Positions 46,167-56,500 of a stretch of 64,000 bases of DNA are shown here, piece after piece. The notes beneath the pieces were generated by a model, which did not search any database, was not told where the DNA came from, and saw only the letters and a program-made list of their open reading frames with translations. The DNA is taken from the IMG/VR virus record IMGVR_UViG_3300001598_000005, positions 361 through 64,360 of that record; one strand, given 5' to 3'. Positions within the stretch are counted from its first letter, which is position 1. Each line of letters opens with the position of its first letter. Source of the DNA: a virus. The position numbers and the translations under genes were made by a program.

Positions 46167-47666
46167 ATGAGCGTTACATTCAAACCTGTGGTCAGGAACC
46201 AGCATAAGGATGGTTTATGGCCTGTATTCATCAGATTGACTTTTAACAGGAGTATTGGTTACATCAAGACCAATAAGCTTGTAAACAACAAAGGGCTCGA
46301 TAGCTCCGGTGCAATCATTGACCAGATTGTGCTTAAATATTGCTACAAGATGATTGACATGTGGGTATCTATGCTGAACAGAACAAATTATGATGCATGG
46401 ACGATCAAGGACATCATCGATTATATCAACAAGGCTGATGCCGAAGTGAGCTTCACTGACTATGCAATGAAGCACATATACAAGATTGAAGCGGAAGGTC
46501 GTATGAGAACGGCAAAAAACTATCGTCTGTCCCTGGCACACCTTCAGCGTTACATGGGTACTACTGATTTCAGCTTCAGCAAGCTTACTGTGAACATACT
46601 TACTGCATGGATAGATACGATGGTCAGTGCTGGCAATAAGAGGTGCAAGGAGATGTATCCAGTATGCATCCGTCAGATATGGAGAGCTGCCATGAGAGAG
46701 CTGAACGATGACGAGAAGGAGATTTTCAGGATCAAGACAAATCCTTGGATCAAGATAGACATACCGAAATCTGATGAGGCTGATGAACAGTCTATTGAAC
46801 CTGTAGTGCTGAGGCAGTTCTTCTCTGTACCATTGCCTGAAAGCAAGTTCAAGATGTCTTTGATGGAATTCGGACGTGACGTTGCAAAGATTGCTTATTG
46901 CCTTGGTGGGCTGTATGCTGTCGATCTTTATGAGCTGCAGGCTGAAGATTATCAGGATGGCATAATACGTTACAGGCGTGCCAAGACGCGCGATACGCGC
47001 AAGGATGGTGCATACATGGAGATGAGAGTTCCTGATATCATCCTTCCATTGCTCGACAAGTACAAGCCAAAGAGATTCAAGAAGGACAGGCTCTTCTCGT
47101 TTGCCGAGATGTATGGTACGGAGGACAGCTTCTGCGCCAATGCCAACATAGGCATCAGAAAGATCTGCACTGACGTGCTTAAGATGAAGAAGGAGAATAC
47201 ATTCAGCATAAAGACATTCAGGCACACATGGGCCACCATAGCAAGGAACAACATTGAAGGAGTGTCGATGGCTGACGTGGCATTTGCACTCAACCACAGC
47301 TCAGGCCATCCGATCACTGAGATCTATGTAGACAAGGATTACAGTCCTGCATGGGAGCTGAATGACAAGGTAATCATGTTCACTTTCTTCAGTGACGATC
47401 CAGGAACAAGGAAACAGAGGGTGAAGCAGCTCGACACGGACAGGATATCAAAGAACAATGTGATCTCAGGAACAATCTTCTACAAAGGAAGGATGATAGG
47501 AGAGATACGAGACAGCGGATTCAGCAACAAGAAGGAGGTTATTGCGAAACTCGTAGAGCTGATGCCAAACAACATACCAGACCGTGCAATAGTACAATTC
47601 ATGATCGAGAATACGGACAAGAAACAGAAATGGATGTACGAGCACCAGAAGGGAAAAGGCTTTTAA
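46167..47666 (+). CDS. int: Tyrosine integrase (Bacteroidetes arm-binding + SAM-like type)
   Basis: PVFIRLTFNR, RTAKNY, YRRAKTR, FRHTWATIA, ALNH..ITEIY. Confidence 0.9.
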   Translation: MSVTFKPVVRNQHKDGLWPVFIRLTFNRSIGYIKTNKLVNNKGLDSSGAIIDQIVLKYCYKMIDMWVSMLNRTNYDAWTIKDIIDYINKADAEVSFTDYAMKHIYKIEAEGRMRTAKNYRLSLAHLQRYMGTTDFSFSKLTVNILTAWIDTMVSAGNKRCKEMYPVCIRQIWRAAMRELNDDEKEIFRIKTNPWIKIDIPKSDEADEQSIEPVVLRQFFSVPLPESKFKMSLMEFGRDVAKIAYCLGGLYAVDLYELQAEDYQDGIIRYRRAKTRDTRKDGAYMEMRVPDIILPLLDKYKPKRFKKDRLFSFAEMYGTEDSFCANANIGIRKICTDVLKMKKENTFSIKTFRHTWATIARNNIEGVSMADVAFALNHSSGHPITEIYVDKDYSPAWELNDKVIMFTFFSDDPGTRKQRVKQLDTDRISKNNVISGTIFYKGRMIGEIRDSGFSNKKEVIAKLVELMPNNIPDRAIVQFMIENTDKKQKWMYEHQKGKGF

Positions 47667-47882
47667 GAAAAAAAGTTTTCCCCCACACCCCTATTTAAAA
47701 AAAGAACCAAAATACCATAAAACCAGAACCAAGAACTACGACAAATGCGTGTGTACGCACGTACGTGAGGCCGGTATGGTTTAGTGGTTTTTTGGTTTAG
47801 TGGTTTTTAAAATTTTTGAAAAATTTTTAGAGGCATCTGAGTGGTTCAGATGCCTCGTCTATTGTAGTGGAGCAATAGAGGA

Positions 47883-48371
47883 TCATGAGAAGAGCTTTCG
47901 CACGCATGAGAAAAATGACCTGAATTCATTGCGGAAGACAATAAAAAATGCAATAATCAGCAATCCGGAAAGCGCACGAATGAAATTTGTCCATGATTCG
48001 ACGATGTTCTTTGTTTCGGAAACCGTCTCTTCTTCTTTCTTCTCTTCGATCTCTTCTTTGGCTTTCGACGATGACGAAAGTGCTGTATCTTCTGACCTGG
48101 ATACGGTTACAGAATCTCTCTCAGTGATCTTTTCAAACGTCTCTCGTATGATTGAAGGAGTTTTTGTTGATGATGTGTCAGACGGTGGAGCATATTCGAT
48201 CGTATGGATCTCTAATACCTTGTTTGAGCCTTTATATATTTCCTGAGTCATTCCCATGACAATCGAGACAGTATCTGTCATGGCAATTGCCTTGTGCGTG
48301 TTCACTGTCCTACGACGTGAAGAGCAGGATACAAGTATCAATGCGGAAACGAAAACAACGAAGTATCTCAT
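47883..48371 (-). CDS. Lipoprotein with C-terminal TM; unimolecular spanin-like
   Basis: Lipobox LVSC after a signal peptide; C-terminal hydrophobic helix. Confidence 0.6.
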   Translation of the reverse strand: MRYFVVFVSALILVSCSSRRRTVNTHKAIAMTDTVSIVMGMTQEIYKGSNKVLEIHTIEYAPPSDTSSTKTPSIIRETFEKITERDSVTVSRSEDTALSSSSKAKEEIEEKKEEETVSETKNIVESWTNFIRALSGLLIIAFFIVFRNEFRSFFSCVRKLFS

Positions 48372-48372
48372 G

Positions 48373-48786
48373 CTATCTGTCTTTATCGTCGATCTTCTGG
48401 CTCAGTCCTGCAATGTCTCTCATGTGCGATGTGAATGGGTTCTCGGCATCACCGTCACCGTTTATTGTCTCGATGGCTGCAAGGGCAGGCACGTTGAACT
48501 GAGCAAGCTTGATGATGGCATCCAGATAATACTTTGGGTTGTCCTGGTACAGCTGGTCAAGCGCATCCTTGATGTGGTCGTTCTCGATTTCCTCGCACAG
48601 TATCACTCCGAAGAACTGACGCAGTTGTGTGGAGCTACGGTTGGGTGTGCCCTTCTTGCGTCCTGATCCTTCAACCTTTCCAGTTCCCTTTTGGAATGTT
48701 CCGTCCTTTGATCTCTTTACGTTTGGCTCCTGAGGTTTTTCCTCCTTGGAGCCTTTCTTTTTTTCTGTAGTCTGTTCTTTCTTCAT
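48373..48786 (-). CDS. Terminase small subunit-like protein
   Basis: GTFQKG...SGRKKGTPN motif; ATG 48786. Confidence 0.6.
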   Translation of the reverse strand: MKKEQTTEKKKGSKEEKPQEPNVKRSKDGTFQKGTGKVEGSGRKKGTPNRSSTQLRQFFGVILCEEIENDHIKDALDQLYQDNPKYYLDAIIKLAQFNVPALAAIETINGDGDAENPFTSHMRDIAGLSQKIDDKDR

Positions 48787-48802
48787 GCTTAGTATCTTTA
48801 GT

Positions 48803-48846
48803 GTGAACAAATAAAATGTCGGTGCAAATATAGCCGGTTATATTTG
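48803..48846 (+). promoter_or_regulatory. Putative late promoter, rightward
   Basis: GTGAACAAATAA-N24-TATATTTG. Confidence 0.75.
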
Positions 48847-48868
48847 CGCAATTAAAATATTTGTTCAC
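48825..48868 (-). promoter_or_regulatory. Putative late promoter, leftward and overlapping
   Basis: Reverse complement reads GTGAACAAATAT-N24-TATATTTG. Confidence 0.72.
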
Positions 48869-48882
48869 AAAAGCGATAAGAA

Positions 48883-49476
48883 ATGAGTCTATTAGTAGCA
48901 GGAATAGCTGCTGCTGTATCGGCAGCGGCAAGTGCGATAGGTGCTGTGGCTTCGTCGGATGCAGAGAAACGCAAGCAACGTGCATTGGAGCATGCAGCAG
49001 AGCAGAAGCAGAAGCGTCTGGATGATTGGTACGACAGGACCGTCAACGAGAATCCCATGGAGAGGGCTACGGCACAGCAGTCGATGACCAAGCTCCAGGA
49101 GCTATTACGTAACAACAACAAGGCTGTGGCAGGAACACAGTCTGTCATGGGTGGAACCACTGCGGCAGCGGCTGCACAGAAGGAGCAGAGCAATAAGATC
49201 GTATCAGATACGGCAAGTACAATCACGGCACAGGCAGATGCACGCAAGGACAATGCAGAGAGTGCATATCTTCAGGGCAGCATGAACATCGATGACCAGA
49301 ATGCTCAGATCACTGCACAGCAGGCAGCAGCACAGAGCCAGGCAATACAGCAGGCAGCCAATGGAGTGAGCAACTCGGCAGCATCGTTCACAAGTGCCTA
49401 TTACATGCCAAACGGTGGAACAGCATCGGACAAGGCAAGGCTGCATCAGAAAATAACAACAGATAATCAATCGTGA
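48883..49476 (+). CDS. Internal virion (pilot/ejection) protein
   Basis: Ala/Gly hydrophobic N-terminus; Ala/Gln-rich helices. Confidence 0.65.
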   Translation: MSLLVAGIAAAVSAAASAIGAVASSDAEKRKQRALEHAAEQKQKRLDDWYDRTVNENPMERATAQQSMTKLQELLRNNNKAVAGTQSVMGGTTAAAAAQKEQSNKIVSDTASTITAQADARKDNAESAYLQGSMNIDDQNAQITAQQAAAQSQAIQQAANGVSNSAASFTSAYYMPNGGTASDKARLHQKITTDNQS

Positions 49477-50483
49477 CTATGGAATATGACGATAATAAGA
49501 TTGAAGAGGTAGGGCAACAGATTAATGATCTGACGAATCAGTATAATCAGATTTCTCAGACTCCTGCTTCCGGATACGACGAGTTGCTGAGTGGAATTGA
49601 GTCTCACAAAAAGTCAATGGAGACTCCTGAGCAGGTACAGAAACGACAGCGAGACATGCGCAATGCTGCCATGTGGTCGAGTGTAACGGAGGGTATTGGC
49701 AATATCTTCCAGCTGACGCATGCTGCTACAAACCAAAATGCTGTACCTATGCAGGCTCCTTCGGTAACTACGTCACAGGCAGTACAGCAAGCTGCCGACA
49801 AAGCGGATGCAAGATACGAGCAGCAGAAGGACAAGCTTATGCAGCTACAGCAGCAGATGGCAGGGCTGAGCTTGCAGCAGCGACAGCAGCAGATGTCATC
49901 GTTACAGAACCAGATTGCCGGTCTCAGGGATGACCGCAAGACGATGTATGGCAGGCAGGATGTTGCATGGAACAAGCAGAACACGCTTGACCAGCAGGCT
50001 CAGCATAAGGTGGAAGCTGACAGGAATTATCAGTTGCAGTTGGATAACATGGCAGAAAATATCCGACATAACAAGCAAAGTGAATCTTTGTCTTGGGCAT
50101 CACATAATGAATCGAAGAGGCATAATACTGAATCTGAGAGGATCTCACAGCAGAATGCAGACTCTGAGAGAATCAGGGCTCAGCATGCAGGACAGGATAC
50201 GAATCAGATCTCGACGATTGATCCAGGTGGTGGAAATCCGAAGCTTGCGGTTCCTGCAGGTGGCATTGATCAAATTGTTAAGGATCTCCCTGAAGAGCAG
50301 AAGAAGCAGTTTGACAAGTTGCTAAAGGCTAAGACAAAGTCGAGGAAGGGATCTGCAACGAGCACGGAACAGGATAAGAAAGACAGACGTGATGCGCTGG
50401 AGCAGGTATTGCGTGAGAATGCTGAAGCATGCAAGGGCGTCATTGACAAATATAAGAGTAGTTCAGCAACCATTGGTTGGTAA
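49473..50483 (+). CDS. Internal virion (ejection) protein
   Basis: Gln-rich coiled coil; ENIRHNK and ESKRHNTE motifs. Confidence 0.6.
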   Translation: MTMEYDDNKIEEVGQQINDLTNQYNQISQTPASGYDELLSGIESHKKSMETPEQVQKRQRDMRNAAMWSSVTEGIGNIFQLTHAATNQNAVPMQAPSVTTSQAVQQAADKADARYEQQKDKLMQLQQQMAGLSLQQRQQQMSSLQNQIAGLRDDRKTMYGRQDVAWNKQNTLDQQAQHKVEADRNYQLQLDNMAENIRHNKQSESLSWASHNESKRHNTESERISQQNADSERIRAQHAGQDTNQISTIDPGGGNPKLAVPAGGIDQIVKDLPEEQKKQFDKLLKAKTKSRKGSATSTEQDKKDRRDALEQVLRENAEACKGVIDKYKSSSATIGW

Positions 50484-50502
50484 AAAAATAGATATAGATA
50501 TT

Positions 50503-53500
50503 ATGGCGATCGATTATTTGGCTAATAGGCGTAAGCTCTATGATGCCTTGGCAGGCAGATTTGGTGATCTCGGAACATTCGATGAGTTTAACCAGAAGAT
50601 TGACGATCCTGCAAAGAGAGAAAAACTTTACAATGCTATTTCAGGCAGCTTTGGTGATGTCGGTGACTACGACAGCTTCAATGCAAAGCTTGGCAATGTG
50701 GTCAATGCTACCGACGTGGCAGGAGATCAGGCAAGTGCAGCCCAGCAGCAGGTAAGCCAGATGACAGGTACTGAGAATGCAAACACACTTAATACCTATC
50801 AGCCAATGGCTGGTCCTGGAGGTACTGAGCAGGACAGGCAGAGCGTTCAGCAGGCACAGCAGTCAACAGCCAATACAGGCACACAGCAGAACGTGGGTGG
50901 CATCCCTATGGTCGGACAGTGGCCTCAGGTACAGCATGATTTCATCAAGGAGTTCCATGACATGTATGCTTTGGAGAAAGAACAGCTCGAAGCAAACGCG
51001 GAAGCAGGAATGCCACTGAGTTACTCTGAATACAATGACAGAGTAAATGATCTTTCGTATGCTGACAACTTCATGCAGTTCGTCGTTGATCCTGACAGCA
51101 TGACTGATGAGGAATATGCTGCTGAGTATGCAAAGACCAACGGCCATGCGTATGGCATGCTATGGGGTGACAAGGTGTCTCCTGCTACAGTGTCAATCAA
51201 TGGAAAGGGAATAACCTTCGAGCAGGAGAGCGAGCTCAGGAGCCTGCTTCAAGGAGCATTGGCAACCTACGAGAATGGTGATGCAAACTCTTATATTGAG
51301 GCGATGTATAAGTACATGGAGCGTGCCAATGAGCTGCTTGGCGAAGGTGGTGCAGACAAGTACAATGCATATCTACAGCGAGAGCAGGCCAATGCCATGG
51401 AGAAGGATGTAGACCGAAAGATTGCTGAGTATGAGAAGGAATATGAAAAGGCTGAGGCAAAGAAGATTTATCTGACTACTAAGTCATCATTGTTCAATTA
51501 CGGCATGGTGGTGAGCTACACACAATGCAACTCTGGCGAGAAGGTTAAGTTCGATCTGGCCAAGACCATGATGGAGGAGGCAAAGCATCATATTAAAGAA
51601 TACAAGCTCGAGCAGGAGAACCTTAAGGGGCAGAGCGAATTTGAGCAGAAATATCTTCCATCTGCCACTGCTTTTTGGCGAGGCGTGAGGGATAAGCTCC
51701 TTGACATAAGCACATGGGATTTCGGTTTCAGTGATGCACGTGAATTCTCCATGCTGCTATCAGCTGTGAACAAGGCAGATAAGGATGAAGAGCTTACTCC
51801 TGGCGAGACCGCCATTCTGGATGCTGCTGCCACAAGGCTTGCAGTACAGGTTGGAATGGAACTGAATGGAAGCTACCGTTCAGGTGAGGTAACGGCAGAG
51901 ATGGTTCCATTCATGATCGAGATAGCAATAAATCCTCTGTCTGCAGTCGGAGAGACGGTAGCATCTAAGGTAGCCCGTTGGGGAATAAAGAAGGGAATGG
52001 GAAAGATAAGCCGCAAGATTCTGAGTGGATCTGCACGAGTGCTTACCGACGCTCTTGTTACTGGTCCTGCTATGTCTGTCACCACAGGAGCTTTCAAGAC
52101 GATGTCATCGATCGAACAGCGAGAGATTGGCAATATACAATTCAATGTAGATGACAATGGACGGTTCTATTACGATGGCACAGATGGTCGTGAGGATGCC
52201 ACTGAGGCAGTAATCAAGGGCATCGCTTCACAGTCGATAGAATACCAGTCGGAGATGGTAGGCGAGTATTTCAAGCCTCTGTCTCGCATGGTAGGGAAAT
52301 ATGCTGTGCGTGCTCCACTGTACAATGTGCTTGGAGAAGAATACTACAAGAACATGTACAGGTTGATGACCGGTGTTGGTGATGGTGCGTTTACTACAGT
52401 GGTAAGGAATACCAGGAAGACACTTTCGACGGTAAGGGACAAGAGCAAGGTATCCGGTTGGGTAGGTGAGACTGCTGAGGAGATCGTAGGCGGTCTTGAA
52501 AACTCTATGTTAGGTACTACTGACCAGAACATGATCGAGGGTGATGATGCAGTATTGTCTTGGAACAACATCAGCGAGACAGGACTCATGATGTTGCCAT
52601 CACAGGTAATGTTTGCTCTCCTGCCTATCGGAATGGGTGGCGTGTCGTACGGCTACGATCGTGCAAAGGCATATCATAGGGAGATCACCACGAACAGCCG
52701 CGCATCAAGTCTTCTCGGACGTGACCGTTGGGCAGAGATAAAGATCCGTGTCAACGAAGCAAAGGCAGAGGATCTTATCGGACTGGTGAAGGAGATCACT
52801 GCTGATGAGTCGATGAGCAACAGGCAGAAGGTAGCCATTGCACAGTATGTCATAGCTATGCAGTATCGACGCGGTGCTGACATGGCAAAGAACCTCGCCA
52901 GGGCTCACAGCCTAAATGAGATGGTATATGGCAATTCGCGTGACTTAGGATACAACATGCAGGATCCAAGTGACGTGAGCGATTACTGCGTGCTTAACTA
53001 TGCGGATGAGCAGGCACTGCGAAATTCTGGCATTGCTGATGTAGATGCATGGATTCGTCAGATCATTGCCAATCCTGCTGCTGCGATGGAGAAGATGTAT
53101 CGCAATGCAAAAGACTACAATGGCAATGTTCTTATCACAGATGAACAGCTCAGGGCTTCCGAGAACTATGCACGTTCGCGTGCAGTGATCAATGGAGCAC
53201 AGGAGAGGATATCTGCCGAGAGTCTTGAGAAGCGTAGCGAGTTTGAGGAGAATGTCAAGGCGTCTACCCATGACGATGGACAGCTGCATCCTGTTAAGCT
53301 GAGAGATGGCAGCATAGCATATGTAAAGCGTGGAAAGATATTTGGAAATCCTGACGGTACGGTAGACATGACAAACAGCGATGCTGTGGTTCCTGCCATG
53401 ATCGAGGGTAAGGAGAGGATGGTATCTGTAAAAGAGATAGCAACGGTACAGATGCTGCAGGATCCTAAGTTTGCCATTGAGGGGAACAATAAAGCTCTCG

Positions 53501-56500
53501 AGCAGGCTAACAAGACTTCATGGGAGTCTATTGCCAATGGAAATGTTGATACGTCGGTCGGTGCTGACGTTACTTTACAGATGAGCGATGGAAGCTTTGA
53601 GTCGTTCAAGGTCGTTGGACCTGGCAACAATCCGGGTGAGTTCGCTGTTGAATCGAGCGATGGACAGGTATTTGTCGTTACTGACCAGATCATACAGATG
53701 TCTGCACAGAATGCACGAATGTCGCGTGTGCAGGAGATGATCGATAAGCGTGACGGTAAAAAGGCACCTGCTGTAGATCAACAGCAGCAGGCTCCTGTGG
53801 ATGATGTACAACAGGAAGACGAGCAGCAACAGCAGCAGACACAGATGCGTGAAGATCCTCGCAAGTCGCTGACATGGGAGGATGAGGATGGAAATACGCA
53901 TACCGGAAAAGGAATGAATGATGGGACCGGATGGATCATCACTGATGATGCCACCGGCAATGTCGTTACTATCGATCCGGACTATGACGTCCGACCATAT
54001 ACACCACAGCAAGCAAATGCACAGACAGAGAACGTAGCAGCAGAACCTGCCGCACAGGAAGAGGATCTCAGCCAACCTGTCACTTTCGACAAGGATGGCA
54101 ATCCAAAATGGAGCGAGATGAGCACGAAGAGAGCTGCCAAGTATCTTGCTTCCGAGTCAGGCCTTGAGCTTAACGATGCGCTGGATTTCGTACAGAAGAA
54201 AGTGGAAGAGGCCAAGAAGGGCAAGGAGAAATGGGATGGTAAGACAGCTGAGATGGGAACCGATCTTGCAAAGTACCAGAAGGAGAAGCAGAAGATCGAG
54301 GCCAACCGTCAGATGTATGACAGCATGATCACTTATTGGCAGGGCGTACTGGATGGAGTGAAGGAGATACAGCAGGAGGAGTACCAGCGCATGCAGAAGA
54401 GTGCTGCCAGGGATGCTTCTACAGCTGCCCATCAGCGTCGAAGCAGGATGACGAACAGCAGGAGGATTGCTGATATCGAGTCTATGGGCCTGAGCAGTGA
54501 CAGCCCAAGCAACGCAGAAGAGGCCGTACTGTGGCGCATCGCTACCGGTAACCTGAAGCTTACTACTGAGTCGATCATGTCTGAGAAGGGAAGCAATCAC
54601 AGCGTACGTTCTGAGAGATGGCAGGATAAGGTGCGTACAGAGGAGAAGGGTGGCATGAGCATACAGCGTGTTGCTGAGGATATTGCTGATTCAAGCAATG
54701 GTCTTATTGACGAGCAGGATGCACGAAACGCAATCAACGATCTCATATCGCTTACACGTGAGCAGGCCATCGAGCGTTTGGAGAAGATCTCAGGAGTCTG
54801 GGCAGCAGATGAGCAGTCCGGACAGGCTGCATTGGACCAGGCACTGGCTGAGCGTGACCGTCTGAACCGTGACAGGGAGATGCGTAACAGGCTTCAGGAG
54901 ACACTTAGCAACTATGAGGTGCCTGTAATGTATGGAGATGCTGTTGAAAATGGGAAAATCTTTGTTATAGATGCATATGAACAGGGATCGTATGTAGGTA
55001 GCCGTGTTGCTTATGGTTTCAGGAGCAATGCTGAGGCAGAGCAGGCATATAGGGATTCGTTTGGAGATAATGCTGTTATTACTTCTGTTTTGGAAAATCC
55101 TGAGAATATTGAGCGATGGGCAATGTCTCCAAACAGGGATTCTATGCCTTTCTCTAACTTTGTCTATGGATCTCAAGAACAGAATGCAGATGGATTCCTG
55201 GCTCCTGAAGAGGAGGCCCCGTTCTCAGTTACAGAGGCTCCACCAGTAGGATCGAGCGCAGAGTGGCAGGACAGGATCAAGATGCTTGAGGAAATCTATG
55301 GAGTGAATGTAAAGTTCCAGGGTGGATTCAATGCAGGTGAGAATGGATTCTATGATGCCAAGTCTCGTACGATCGTAGTAAGCAAGGATATTCCTGCAAA
55401 CAGGGCTCTTGGATGGGTGATCGGACATGAGATGACTCACCACATGAAATCTGTTGGAGGACTGTACGGAAAGTATGCACAGTCTGTCATGGATTATTAC
55501 GGTGCAGATGCTTTCTTCAGTGAGGTGGCATTCCGTGTGAAGCTATACAAGGAGCACAACAAGGAGCTGAGCATGAATGATGCCATCGAAGAGGTTTGCG
55601 CTGACTTTGGTGGCAACCTGCTCCGTGATGGAAAGCTCGTGGACAAGTTTGCTGCACGTCAGGACATGAACTTTATACAGAAGCTGTATGCTGACCTGAT
55701 GGATACTATCAATAAGGCACGTAAGATCATCACTGAGGGTGGATTGTCTGAGATGGATAAGGCTATCATCAGCATGGAGAAGTTCTTGGAGTCATCGGCT
55801 GAGGCAAAGAATGAGGCCAACACGATATCAGAAAATACAGATTCATCATTTAATAATGACAATTCGCAAAGTGAAGGTGTCAATAATGGGGATGTAATAA
55901 AGTATTCTATCGTCGATGACAGCAATGCTACAGCATATGACAGGCAGGTGATGCAGGAGATTGCTGATGGCAATACGAGGACCGTATATCGAGGCATGCA
56001 GATGGTGGAGATTGACGGTAATCGTTATGCTCTTCCTCCAATGGCATCGAAGGTCAATGGCGAGTGGGTGCTTGGCATCGAGATCCGTGAAGATGGAACC
56101 TTGGAACCTTTACTGCTGAAGGCTGACGAGCATCCTGAGCTTGCAAAGAATGGAAAGTTCTATCTCGACAAGGGCAACGACAAGGGACTGTGGGCTTCGT
56201 ACAATCCATATTGGCACGTAGGACAGGGTATGCTGAACGATCAGTTCGCTGAGGCACAGGATCGATCTAACCTTATCACAGTTGAAGGAATCATACCTAT
56301 TTCAGAGCTCACATCCGGCTATAAAGCAGAAAAGGCCAAGGATGGAGTTGGAGCACATGAGTGGAAGGCAGGCATCATTCAGGGGCAATTGTCTGGTACG
56401 AGAGAGGTGATCCTGTCGCGTTATTTCCAGGGCATGCGTGTGGTACCTGATGCTGAGGTGGCTAAGAACATCTTCGACCAGATCAATGGTCATGTGGATT

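Noticed and set aside
46215-47297. 360-aa minus-strand ORF
   Set aside because: Antisense shadow of the integrase
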